The translations under genes and the position numbers were made by a program. The notes below the pieces were generated by a model, which made no database searches, had not been told where the DNA came from, and saw nothing but the letters and a program-made list of their open reading frames with translations. A stretch of 64,000 bases of DNA, taken from positions 160,001 through 224,000 of the IMG/VR virus record IMGVR_UViG_3300037247_001786. One strand, 5' to 3'. This DNA is from a virus (Duplodnaviria; Caudoviricetes). Shown here in pieces: positions 45,881-55,012 of the stretch (its first letter is position 1; every line of letters begins with the position of its first letter).

Positions 45881-46618
45881 ATGAACGGAGTATTAGACTG
45901 GGGCGATTTCACCCCTAACAACAACAAAGGAAACAGTGATAGGTTAAACTTTTTATGGTTAAAAAGTGGGAACACTTATCGAGTAAGGCCAGTAGCTAAG
46001 CCAGTTATTTTTTACAAATATTTTTATCGTAATGATGGAAAGTTGAGAACAGCTATTTGTGAAGATCCTGCAAGTTGCATGGTTAAAACTGCCCATCCAG
46101 AATTAGATACACCTGGTGAGCGATTCGCCATTTTGGTTATCGACAGAGCAGATGGTGAGTTAAAGATAATGGAATTCACAAAGGGAGTATTCTTGTCTAT
46201 CAAGGCATGGTGGAACGCAACTCAACAGAGTCCTGGAGGAAATGACGGCGTCGATTGGGCGATTCAGATCACAGGGTCAGGTAAGAATGGTACTAAATAT
46301 ACTGCCACCCCTACGACCCCAACTCCTTTCACTAGCGAAGAGAAGTCGATGATTATTGGCATCATCAAAGATGCTGATGGTAATGATGCTCATTATCTTG
46401 AGGGTATATTTAAGCCCCATAGTGCAGAGGTTATTGAGAAGAAGTTATTCGGTGAATGGGAAACAAGAGGTGATCAGGGAGGTACGCAAACCTCTCAGGC
46501 ACCAGTTGATGCACAACCAGCACCAGTTGATGCACAGCCAGCTCCTGCTGCTGCACAGCCAGCTCCTGCTGCCCCTGCTGCAACTCAAACATCAGGCAAT
46601 TTCGACATTGATTTCTAA
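45881..46618 (+). CDS. Probable phage single-stranded DNA-binding protein (gp32-like) with acidic/aromatic tail
   Basis: YRVRPV..., C-x4-C..H, ILVIDR.DGELKIMEF, G.DW.I...GSG..TKY; Pro/Ala linker then GNFDIDF; directly upstream of recA. Confidence 0.65.
   Translation: MNGVLDWGDFTPNNNKGNSDRLNFLWLKSGNTYRVRPVAKPVIFYKYFYRNDGKLRTAICEDPASCMVKTAHPELDTPGERFAILVIDRADGELKIMEFTKGVFLSIKAWWNATQQSPGGNDGVDWAIQITGSGKNGTKYTATPTTPTPFTSEEKSMIIGIIKDADGNDAHYLEGIFKPHSAEVIEKKLFGEWETRGDQGGTQTSQAPVDAQPAPVDAQPAPAAAQPAPAAPAATQTSGNFDIDF
46499..46582 (+). repeat. Four degenerate 21-bp coding repeats (APVDAQP/APAAAQP linker)
   Basis: gcaccagttgatgcacaacca|gcaccagttgatgcacagcca|gctcctgctgctgcacagcca|gctcctgctgcccctgctgca. 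Confidence 0.85.
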
Positions 46619-46649
46619 AGAAACATAAGTAAAGTAAGAGGATTTAAGT

Positions 46650-47879
46650 ATGGCTAAAAAAATAAATATGAGTGAGAATGCCTTTAAGCATCTTCAAGGT
46701 TTTGGGATAAGAACTGCAAAATTTAATAGTCCTGGCAATATCCCAACTGGGCATTTTAATTTAGATTTTGCTATTAACTTTGGCTCTCCTCCTGATAATA
46801 TTAACTTAAATACCCTAGAGGGATATGATTCTTCTAAACCTCTAGGGTTGCCTCTTGGCAAAGTTATTGAGATCTCAGGGTCAGAGGGCTCAGGTAAATC
46901 ATCTATTGCTTACAGAGTAGTAGGTGCTGCCCAAAAACTAGGGTACAATACCGCATGGCTTGATGCCGAGCATAGCTTTTCAGAAGCGTTAGCTGCTATT
47001 AATGGTTGCGATGTCGATGAAATTATTATGCCTGATAACAACTTAAGTGCGGAGCAGTTTTTAGATTTGATAGAAGCTCTATGCAAGACAGATAAAGTTC
47101 CAATGGTTAAGAATGGTAAAAATGTTCTAGTTGACGCACCAAAAGTAATAGTATTAGATTCTATAGCCAGTTTGGTTCCTAAAGCTGTTGGAGAAAGTTT
47201 ATCTGAGCAGCAATTTATGGGATTATTGCCAAGAGTCTTTAGTCAAAATATGGGCAAGATCGCTGGAGCTGCTGAAGCTAATGGCGTCCTATTAATATTT
47301 ATTAATCAGATAAGAGAAAAGATAGGCGTTATGTTTGGCAACCCTGAGACAACACCTGGAGGTAGAGCTTTAAAACATTTCTATTCTTTGCGTCTAAAAG
47401 TAACACAAAGAAAAGGCAAAGAGTATTTTATTAATAGAATTGATGAAGAAACTGGTGAAGAAATTTTGATAGGTAAAAAGTCTTACGTTAAGATTGAAAA
47501 GAATAGATTCGCTAAACCTATGTTAGACATTATTGATATTCCAATCTATTACGAAAATTATTTTCCTGCGGCTGAAGAGATAGCCTTTGATGTCGGTAGG
47601 CAAATGAAATTAGTTTCTATTCGTAATATGATTTATAGTTGGGATGGTCACAAAAGTGCCGATGAGGGAAAAGAGGCTTTCATTCAGAATCTTAAAGATA
47701 ATGAGTTAATGGGTTTATTTATGGCAGCTATTAAGAGTCAAGCATTAGAAGATAATATATTCTTACCACCGGAATTGATGCAATATAAGGAAAAAGAAGA
47801 TGGAAAGAGTAGAAAAGTTCAGCGAGGTTCAAAGGCTAAAGATAGTACAAGCGGCGAAGGCGTGCCTAAGAAAGACTGA
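46650..47879 (+). CDS. recA: RecA recombinase
   Basis: IPTG...D, GKVIEISGSEGSGKS, AWLDAEH, VLDSIASLVP, FINQIREKIGVMFGNPETTPGGRALK. Confidence 0.95.
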   Translation: MAKKINMSENAFKHLQGFGIRTAKFNSPGNIPTGHFNLDFAINFGSPPDNINLNTLEGYDSSKPLGLPLGKVIEISGSEGSGKSSIAYRVVGAAQKLGYNTAWLDAEHSFSEALAAINGCDVDEIIMPDNNLSAEQFLDLIEALCKTDKVPMVKNGKNVLVDAPKVIVLDSIASLVPKAVGESLSEQQFMGLLPRVFSQNMGKIAGAAEANGVLLIFINQIREKIGVMFGNPETTPGGRALKHFYSLRLKVTQRKGKEYFINRIDEETGEEILIGKKSYVKIEKNRFAKPMLDIIDIPIYYENYFPAAEEIAFDVGRQMKLVSIRNMIYSWDGHKSADEGKEAFIQNLKDNELMGLFMAAIKSQALEDNIFLPPELMQYKEKEDGKSRKVQRGSKAKDSTSGEGVPKKD

Positions 47880-48510
47880 GGGACTAAAAGCTCTTAACTA
47901 TCTTAGAGACCAGCGTGGATTTTCAGATGAAGTTATAGATAGATTTGATTTCGGTTATTGTCCTATAGGTATTAATCATCAGCTTAAAGGGAGGGTGATA
48001 AGTCCCATATACGACCCATATGGAGAGATAGTCTCTGTATCGACCAGAAGTCTTTTTATGAACAAGGGAGATAGCGGGTATTTTTGGCATGAAAGTTTTG
48101 ATAAAGGAAGTTATCTTTATGGTTTAAACTGGGCTAAAGATAGTATCATAAGATACAAAAAAGCAATTGTAGTAGAAGGAGAGTTTGATGTCGCAGCAAT
48201 GCATTCTTATGGATTTACGATGACGGTAGGGGTCTGCGGCAGTACTTTCACGCTGGCTCAAGCTTCATTGTTAGCAAGATATTGTCAAGAGGTTTATTTT
48301 ATGTTTGACAATGACTCATCGGGAGTAAATGGTTTAAAGAGGGTGATGAAACTTCATAAGAATAATTATTTAGATTCTTATGGAATACGATATGCTCCCG
48401 TAAATCTTCCGGTAGGAAAAGATCCTGATAATGTACTTAAGAGTGTAGGAGCATTAGGAATGAAGAAGATATTAGTTAAAGCTAAAGAAGAATTTAAATT
48501 ATGGAGTTAA
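47800..48510 (+). CDS. dnaG: DnaG primase catalytic core (Toprim) without zinc-binding domain
   Basis: YLR..RG....I..F..GY, RVISPI, LYGLN.AK, IVVEGEFDV, MFDND.SG, GKDPD. Confidence 0.88.
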   Translation: MERVEKFSEVQRLKIVQAAKACLRKTEGLKALNYLRDQRGFSDEVIDRFDFGYCPIGINHQLKGRVISPIYDPYGEIVSVSTRSLFMNKGDSGYFWHESFDKGSYLYGLNWAKDSIIRYKKAIVVEGEFDVAAMHSYGFTMTVGVCGSTFTLAQASLLARYCQEVYFMFDNDSSGVNGLKRVMKLHKNNYLDSYGIRYAPVNLPVGKDPDNVLKSVGALGMKKILVKAKEEFKLWS

Positions 48511-49547
48511 AAATGGATTTTAGTTACACACCTAAAGAAGTATCATCATTGATGGGGCTTATAGATACTTATTTAAGACATAAGAATCAAGTTGTAGAAG
48601 CAGGAACAAGAAAGTATGAGCATTATCATCCCAGCGAATGGGGTAAGTGTTTAAGGATGCAACAGTATAAGCATTATGCTCATAAGGGCTTATTGAGTGT
48701 AACTCCGGAGGTCTTTGATAGCCGCATATTAAGACTCTTCGGTAAAGGTCATAATATGCATGAAAGATGGACTCAGTATTTTGAGGAGATAGGTGTTCTT
48801 AAGGGTCATTGGAGATGTAAGAATCGAGCATGTAAGTTATTTGATGATTCGGGACAGATGAGGAATTTAAGTACTCAAGATGTCGCACGTATGTTCGCTG
48901 GGAACCCAAGAGTTTATGGGGAAGAGGAAAACTTTGGCATTTTTAAACCTAATAGGTGTGTATGCGGTTGTGCTGAATTCGACTATGAAGAGAACGATGT
49001 TGTGTCTGAAGAATTAAATATACATGGTCATTGCGATTTAATATTTGATTGCACAAATTTGCCTGAAGATGCTTTTGAAGGAGTTAGACCAACTTATGCA
49101 AGAAAATATCTTCCCATGAATGGCAAAATGGTAGTGGGGGATATGAAGACGATAAGTAGTAGTGCATGGAAGAACCAATTAGAGAAGAAAGGACCACATA
49201 AATATTATCTTATTCAACTTACTTGTTATGTTCATATTCTAGGATGCGATTATGGACTATTGATGTATGAGAATAAAGATAACTCCGAAATGAAGTGGTA
49301 TAAGGTAGAAAGAAATGATGAATGGTGGGAAGCTATCAAGTGGCAGTCAAAGACTATGCAAGATATGTCCCAAGCGACAAATGAAGCTGGCGATCCAAGT
49401 CCGAAATTGCCACCGCCTAGACCAACATGTAAAAGCTCTTATGACTGTAAAGGGTGCGACTTCAGATCTCTTTGTCATAAATCTTCTATCTGGGACAATC
49501 CTAACTTAATTAGCATGAGAAAACAATTTTATCAGTGTTTGCTATAA
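48501..49547 (+). CDS. Cas4-like PD-(D/E)xK exonuclease with Zn-ribbon insertion
   Basis: HPSEWGKCLR, GHCDL, GDMKT, IQLTCY, C-terminal CKSSYDCKGCDFRSLC (4-Cys cluster). Confidence 0.8.
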   Translation: MELKMDFSYTPKEVSSLMGLIDTYLRHKNQVVEAGTRKYEHYHPSEWGKCLRMQQYKHYAHKGLLSVTPEVFDSRILRLFGKGHNMHERWTQYFEEIGVLKGHWRCKNRACKLFDDSGQMRNLSTQDVARMFAGNPRVYGEEENFGIFKPNRCVCGCAEFDYEENDVVSEELNIHGHCDLIFDCTNLPEDAFEGVRPTYARKYLPMNGKMVVGDMKTISSSAWKNQLEKKGPHKYYLIQLTCYVHILGCDYGLLMYENKDNSEMKWYKVERNDEWWEAIKWQSKTMQDMSQATNEAGDPSPKLPPPRPTCKSSYDCKGCDFRSLCHKSSIWDNPNLISMRKQFYQCLL

Positions 49548-49599
49548 TAGCATTAAAGATTTTACGATGATATAGTATAATACAATTTAAGGAGTAAAA

Positions 49600-50241
49600 A
49601 TGCAAGACGGGAAAAAAGACGAGAAAACAACAAGTGACGATTCATTACTTCTAATAAGTGGAAGCAAAGGAAGCAAGAAAGAAGATAAAGAATATGCCAA
49701 GAAGATATCAGGAGCTATTATTTCATGTATCACTAAATATGATAATGCAAAATTAAGATGCGTAGGAGCTGCGTCTTTAAATAATGCAATAAAAGGTATC
49801 ATTATCGCTAAAAATGATATTTTAAAAAGAGGAGAGTATCTGTTAGTTAATCCTAGTTTTACAATGGTTAGATTCGGTGATGAAGAAAAAACTGGACTAA
49901 TACTCGAAGCAATAAGTATAAAAACTTTTGAAAAAGATGGAAATTTAAATAGAGATGAGGCTCTTTTAAAGGTGAGAGGCAATAGGGGGAGCAGAGAAGA
50001 GAATAAAGAGTATGTTAAAAAGTTATCCAATGCTGTGCTTTCCTGTTTTTCAAAACAGGGAATAGCGTTACTTCGCTTTGTAGGAGTTTCATCTGGCAAT
50101 AACGCTCTGAAAGCTGCTACAATAGCTGTAGGAAATGCACTGCTAGAAGGAAAAACTTTAATGATAGATCCTAGTTTTACGACAGTTAAATTCGGTGAAG
50201 AAGAAAAAACAGGAATGATATTAGAAATAATTTCTGTGTAA
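49600..50241 (+). CDS. spoVS: Tandem double SpoVS (Alba-like) domain protein
   Basis: Two copies of KKISGAI...LRCVGAASLNNAIK..IA...NPSFT.V.FG.EEKTG.ILE. Confidence 0.8.
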   Translation: MQDGKKDEKTTSDDSLLLISGSKGSKKEDKEYAKKISGAIISCITKYDNAKLRCVGAASLNNAIKGIIIAKNDILKRGEYLLVNPSFTMVRFGDEEKTGLILEAISIKTFEKDGNLNRDEALLKVRGNRGSREENKEYVKKLSNAVLSCFSKQGIALLRFVGVSSGNNALKAATIAVGNALLEGKTLMIDPSFTTVKFGEEEKTGMILEIISV

Positions 50242-50261
50242 TATTTTATAGGAGATGTATT

Positions 50262-50846
50262 ATGGATTTTGAAAGTAAAAAAGAATTAAGAGAAAGATGT
50301 AGTAGTAACGATGTTAAGCCTCTTGACGATATGTACGATCTTGAAGATGTAGCTTTTATAATAAAAGGATTATCTCATAAAATAGATATCCAAAAGGGAT
50401 ATAAGAAGAAAAAAAATGAAGCTATAAATAATGAGATGAATGTTTTGCAAAATAAAATAGATTATTATAAGAAAGTCATCTCTACCACATTAGAAAAGCA
50501 TAAAGAAAAAAATCTGAATTTTCCAGACGCCTGTAAATTAAGCTTGAGAAAAGCAAGAGCGAAGTGGATTATTGATGATGAAGAATCGTTTATAGAAACT
50601 TTAAAACAGATGAAAGAAATAGAAAATTGTGCTACTAAATTAGAGGGTTGGAAGATAGTTAAGAGGGAAGCTGATAAAGTTTTAAATGATTGGGAAAAAA
50701 GTGAAAATCTTCCTGAAAGCGTTCATAAAGAGCTAGGGGAAACAGGCGTTTCTATCTCTTTCGTAGAAGAGGAAGACGAGACAGAGGAAGAGGTCGATAT
50801 GACAGTTCCTATTAAAGAAGAGGATTATGACGAGTTGGAGTTTTAA
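50262..50846 (+). CDS. Mu Gam-like DNA end-binding protein
   Basis: Coiled coil followed by KNLNFPDACKLSLRK...IIDDEESFIETLK...K.EADK.L; recombination-gene context. Confidence 0.55.
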   Translation: MDFESKKELRERCSSNDVKPLDDMYDLEDVAFIIKGLSHKIDIQKGYKKKKNEAINNEMNVLQNKIDYYKKVISTTLEKHKEKNLNFPDACKLSLRKARAKWIIDDEESFIETLKQMKEIENCATKLEGWKIVKREADKVLNDWEKSENLPESVHKELGETGVSISFVEEEDETEEEVDMTVPIKEEDYDELEF

Positions 50847-50850
50847 ATAA

Positions 50851-51600
50851 ATGGAAACTTTTGGATTTTATAAAAATATAAGAATCAGTTCTGATAAAGT
50901 TAAAAAATCTTGCCCTAAGATTCACAATCTTTATAGCGAGATTCCAGATACTGTGGGGTGCATGGACAATATTGAGAAAGAAGGAGGCTGTAAAGGTTGG
51001 TGCTGCCAATGTCAATCTCCTCAATTATTATATAGTGAGTTTCTTAATTTATGGGGCAGCGTTATGAGAGGATGGGAGGTCTCTGACATCTGCGACATTA
51101 TAGAAAAAAGTTTAAAAAATTATGTTTTAGGATCGACTACTAAAGGATGTATATTTTTTAACGACGAAACAAAGATGTGTAAAGTTCATAAAAAAAGACC
51201 TTATAATTGTCGCATATATGGAATAACTCCTGATGAAGAATTTGCTCCACGATTAAAAAGAATGAAAGAGGTTTATAAAGATATTGTCGGTGCTGTAATT
51301 AAAGATCAATGTCATTTAATAAAAACTTCTGATGATGTGGAAGTTAGTCAAGAAAATACGAATGAATGGTGGGATAAATTAGTAGAAATAGAAAAGAGCA
51401 TAGGTATTGATAGAGGGAATATCAATGACGATATGGGAGGGAGTTATAGAACTCCTCACGATCATGTCCTTTTGTATGTGATGCCAAGTGAAATAATGCA
51501 AAAACTTCAAGAAATCAGATTTATAGACAATCACACTGAAAAGATGGAAGTTATTGATAAATACATGAAAGCTGTTAGAGGGACACTTCATAATGACTGA
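50851..51600 (+). CDS. YkgJ-family Cys-cluster (putative Zn/Fe-chelating) protein
   Basis: GCKGWCC...CIFFN....CKVHKKRPYNCRIYG. Confidence 0.8.
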   Translation: METFGFYKNIRISSDKVKKSCPKIHNLYSEIPDTVGCMDNIEKEGGCKGWCCQCQSPQLLYSEFLNLWGSVMRGWEVSDICDIIEKSLKNYVLGSTTKGCIFFNDETKMCKVHKKRPYNCRIYGITPDEEFAPRLKRMKEVYKDIVGAVIKDQCHLIKTSDDVEVSQENTNEWWDKLVEIEKSIGIDRGNINDDMGGSYRTPHDHVLLYVMPSEIMQKLQEIRFIDNHTEKMEVIDKYMKAVRGTLHND

Positions 51601-51979
51601 AGAAAAAATTAAAATAATAGAAGCTACTTATGATTTAAAAAAAGATTTAGCAAAAATAAAAGTTGAAAAAATAGACGGAGGCAAAGAGATTACTTGGGCT
51701 TTGACCGGAGATAGTTTTGATTCTCTCGTAGGGCAGATAACAGGGATTGCTTTGAGTTATTATCCGCCACAAAGAAATTTACTTTGTACAAAGATTGTTG
51801 GGCTTGAAATTTTAAATCAAATTGAAGTAGATATAGAGAATGCTGACGTTGAAAATGTTAAAGAGAGAAGTGAGACAGATTTTAAACATGGTCTCGATGT
51901 TGTTGATATGTATCCTTTTTATGAGCTTCAAGAAGAGGTAATTGAAAATATACCAGAGCCACAGGAAACTGATGAATGA
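51593..51979 (+). CDS. Hypothetical protein
   Basis: 128-aa ORF with overlap coupling. Confidence 0.55.
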   Translation: MTEEKIKIIEATYDLKKDLAKIKVEKIDGGKEITWALTGDSFDSLVGQITGIALSYYPPQRNLLCTKIVGLEILNQIEVDIENADVENVKERSETDFKHGLDVVDMYPFYELQEEVIENIPEPQETDE

Positions 51980-52233
51980 AAGCAATAGTTAGACTTTTTA
52001 TTGGTCATGCTTGTCCTATCTGCGACCTTGCTATGCTTAAGCTAGAAGCAGAATTAGATAGTTTCGAATATGAATATATCGACGCTTTCGCAGGAGATAC
52101 TCAAGATTTCTGCGATGAACAAAATATTGACGAATTACCACATTTGCAATATATAGATACAGAAGAAAAAGTTATTGAAGAATATATAGGCAAAGATGTT
52201 TTAACACATTTAAGAGATGTCTGCGATAAATAA
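51976..52233 (+). CDS. Glutaredoxin/thioredoxin-like protein
   Basis: LF...ACPIC...IDELPHL (CxxC and cis-Pro). Confidence 0.75.
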   Translation: MKAIVRLFIGHACPICDLAMLKLEAELDSFEYEYIDAFAGDTQDFCDEQNIDELPHLQYIDTEEKVIEEYIGKDVLTHLRDVCDK

Positions 52234-52254
52234 TAATTATAATGAGGTAGAAAA

Positions 52255-54174
52255 ATGAAGATGAAGTTAAACGAACACCAAGAAAAAGCTGCTGACCACT
52301 TTGATGGACCATGTCTCGTAACGAGTTGTCCTGGATCAGGAAAAACATTTACACTGGTCGAGAGAATCGTAAGACTTATTGATAAGGGGGTTCGTCCTCA
52401 AAATATTTTGTGCATCACCTTTACTAATAAGGCTGCGGCAGAGATGAAGGAACGTATTTGTAAAAGGTTAGGAGTTAAAACTCCTGGTTTCTTTATTGGA
52501 ACGTTCCACTCCCTTTGTGCTAACGTCTTACGAAAGATGGGTCATCTTGGAGGATATCCTTCTGATTTTACTATTATAGATGATAAAGAGCAGTTCAACG
52601 TTGTAATGCAGATAGCCAGAAAAATGGGAAGAGAAGTAGATAAGCCAGAAGTATATAATATATTAAAATTCCTTAATCATTATAGAGACCAGCAAGGCGA
52701 TTTTTCCTATGTCGAAGATAGACTGGTTCATGATTATCAAATAGATATAGCTAGGAGATATCTTGAAAAATGTAAAGAATCTCATCTAGTAGATTTTAGT
52801 GCATTGATATATGATGCTATACAACTGATAGAAGATTGTGATGAGATTAGAGATAAATTGCAAAATGGTTTTAAGTATATATTGGTTGATGAAACTCAAG
52901 ATACTAATAACTCTCAATATCATTTGGTAAATCTTTTAGGAGCAAAATGGAATAATATTATGTTAATTGGCGACTTAGATCAGTCTATCTATTTATTCCG
53001 AGGAGCAAGATATAAAAATTTACAAAATTTTATCAAAAAACATGATAACTGCACTGTCATCCCTCTGTCCAAAAATTATCGTTCTACACCTGAGATAATA
53101 GGAGCAGCGGATAAGCTCATTAAACATAATAGTAGCCATATGGGAGGAAAGTTCGAAACAGACAATCCAAGCGGAGAGCCTGTCAGATGCTTCCAGAAGA
53201 GCAATCAAATATCTGAGGCTAATTGGGTAGGAGATCAAATTAGAAGGCTTAAAGAGGAAGGTGGATGGGATGGTGACGATATAGCTGTCTTGTATCGTAT
53301 GAATAAGATGTCTGAGCCGATAGAACAAAGTTTAGCGGCAAGAGGTATCCCATATGAGGTTATTGGAAATTTTAGTTTCTACGATAGAAAGGAAGTTAAA
53401 GATGTTATAGCAATGATTAAATTTTTAATTAATAAAAGAGATGGAATTGCTTTTCATAGAATATGTTCAATACTTCCAGGAATGGGAGATGTTACAGTTG
53501 GTAAAATAGAGAATAGGGCTGAAGAACAAGGAATTACCATACTGCAAGCAGCTAACGATATATTAGAAGGATGCAGATCGGTTAAGGTAAAAAATGCTTG
53601 TCGCAAAATAGTAGAAGTGTATGGCTCAGAATATGATCACTCTAAGCCAGCCCAATCTATTATGTCGCTTGTCGAACAATTTAATTATTCAGATTATCTA
53701 GAAAAATATTATCCTAAAAATGCTATTGAACGTAAAGATAATGTTTCGCAGATTGTAGAGTCGGCGAGTAGTTATAATGATTTTTCTGATGGCATAGAGA
53801 AATATTTACAACAGATATCTCTTGTATCGCATAGCGACAAAGAAGTGGAAGGGAAGAAAGTTTCCCTTATGTCTCTCCATGCCGCAAAGGGTTTAGAGTA
53901 CCCTGTTATTTTTATGATTGGGGTAGAAGAGAGTATATTGCCTCATGGTAGAGCTATTAGCGAAAATCCAGAAGAGGGACTCGAAGAAGAACGTAGGTTG
54001 GCATATGTTGGAATGACAAGAGCGAAGAAAGTTCTTTATATAACGTATTGTTCTAGTCGTTTCGGTTTCGGTAAGTTTGGAAATAAGAACCAGAGAAAAG
54101 TAATTCCAAGTAGATTTTTAACAGAGGCAGGGCTTATAGATGAGCAAAGAGATAGAACGAAAATTTATTATTAA
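52255..54174 (+). CDS. uvrD: UvrD/PcrA SF1 helicase
   Basis: LNEHQ, PGSGKT, ITFTNKAA, ILVDETQD, GDLDQSIY.FRGA, NYRST, SLHAAKGLEY, EERRLAYVGMTRA. Confidence 0.95.
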   Translation: MKMKLNEHQEKAADHFDGPCLVTSCPGSGKTFTLVERIVRLIDKGVRPQNILCITFTNKAAAEMKERICKRLGVKTPGFFIGTFHSLCANVLRKMGHLGGYPSDFTIIDDKEQFNVVMQIARKMGREVDKPEVYNILKFLNHYRDQQGDFSYVEDRLVHDYQIDIARRYLEKCKESHLVDFSALIYDAIQLIEDCDEIRDKLQNGFKYILVDETQDTNNSQYHLVNLLGAKWNNIMLIGDLDQSIYLFRGARYKNLQNFIKKHDNCTVIPLSKNYRSTPEIIGAADKLIKHNSSHMGGKFETDNPSGEPVRCFQKSNQISEANWVGDQIRRLKEEGGWDGDDIAVLYRMNKMSEPIEQSLAARGIPYEVIGNFSFYDRKEVKDVIAMIKFLINKRDGIAFHRICSILPGMGDVTVGKIENRAEEQGITILQAANDILEGCRSVKVKNACRKIVEVYGSEYDHSKPAQSIMSLVEQFNYSDYLEKYYPKNAIERKDNVSQIVESASSYNDFSDGIEKYLQQISLVSHSDKEVEGKKVSLMSLHAAKGLEYPVIFMIGVEESILPHGRAISENPEEGLEEERRLAYVGMTRAKKVLYITYCSSRFGFGKFGNKNQRKVIPSRFLTEAGLIDEQRDRTKIYY

Positions 54175-55012
54175 AGATTATCCTTCGATAGATAAACACA
54201 GAGATAGTATTTACTATTCAGAGGTGAATATAACGCAAGGGTATTTTAAAAATGGGCAAGTCAGAATCAGGCTGACCAGTCGAGGTCTGTATGAAGAAGA
54301 TCCTCAAGCTTTTTTAACTATAAAAAGTAAAAGAGAAGGCATCTCAAGATACGAATTCGAATATGAGATAACAGTAGAAGATGCTCAACAAATGATAGAT
54401 TTGTTTTGCGATCATATTATTGAGAAGACCAGATACAATGTAAAGGAAAATGAAAAGAAGTGGGAAATCGATGTTTTTAAAGGGGACAATGATGGATTAG
54501 TTTTAGCCGAGATAGAATTAGAATCAGAAGATGAAGAAATGACTCTCCCTTATTTCGTCGGCAAAGAAGTTACAGACGATGAAAGATACTATAACTCTTA
54601 TCTTTCCAAAACCCCCTATAAGGAATGGAAAAGATTGTGGACATCTCATTTTAATTCAACTGAATTTGATTATAGCAAAGCCGTCTCTATATGCGGTAAG
54701 CCTCCTGCCTATTATGGAGGAAGAGAATATAAAAAATTAGCACCTAAATATTGGTTCTTTAAAAAATATAAAGAAGATGGAGACAAAGATTTTTATAGAG
54801 AACAATACTATAAAGAAGTTTTAGATAAGTTAGATCCAGAGGAAGTTTATAAAGATTTAGGCAAAGATGCAGTTCTCCTCTGTTGGGAGAACCCAGACGA
54901 GTTTTGCCATAGACATATGGTGGCAGATTGGTTCAATGATAAAATAATACAATATCAAGGTAACGGTTTTGAAGTAGAAGTTAATGAAGTAGGAGAAGAA
55001 AATGAAATGTAA
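54140..55012 (+). CDS. CYTH-domain protein fused to a DUF488-like domain
   Basis: EIERKF...QGY...RIR...YEFEY...EKTRY...WEIDVF...LAEIEL; then TSHF...LAP...Y..EVL..LDP...LLCWE....CHR..VA.W. Confidence 0.75.
   Translation: MSKEIERKFIIKDYPSIDKHRDSIYYSEVNITQGYFKNGQVRIRLTSRGLYEEDPQAFLTIKSKREGISRYEFEYEITVEDAQQMIDLFCDHIIEKTRYNVKENEKKWEIDVFKGDNDGLVLAEIELESEDEEMTLPYFVGKEVTDDERYYNSYLSKTPYKEWKRLWTSHFNSTEFDYSKAVSICGKPPAYYGGREYKKLAPKYWFFKKYKEDGDKDFYREQYYKEVLDKLDPEEVYKDLGKDAVLLCWENPDEFCHRHMVADWFNDKIIQYQGNGFEVEVNEVGEENEM

Noticed and set aside
48501-49547. CRISPR-Cas locus suggested by the Cas4-like gene
   Set aside because: No repeat-spacer array and no cas1/cas2 or effector genes in the window; the context is recombination genes, typical of solo phage Cas4-like nucleases.
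49553-49581. TATAAT upstream of the SpoVS gene as a member of the GTGATT promoter class
   Set aside because: A good -10 is present but there is no GTGATT/GTGAAA box at the 10-nt spacing; at most a plain sigma70-type promoter.
49587-50099. 170-aa minus-strand ORF, and the other antisense or nested ORFs in the track
   Set aside because: They lie opposite or inside well-supported genes, have shadow-like composition and show no motifs or SD sequences.
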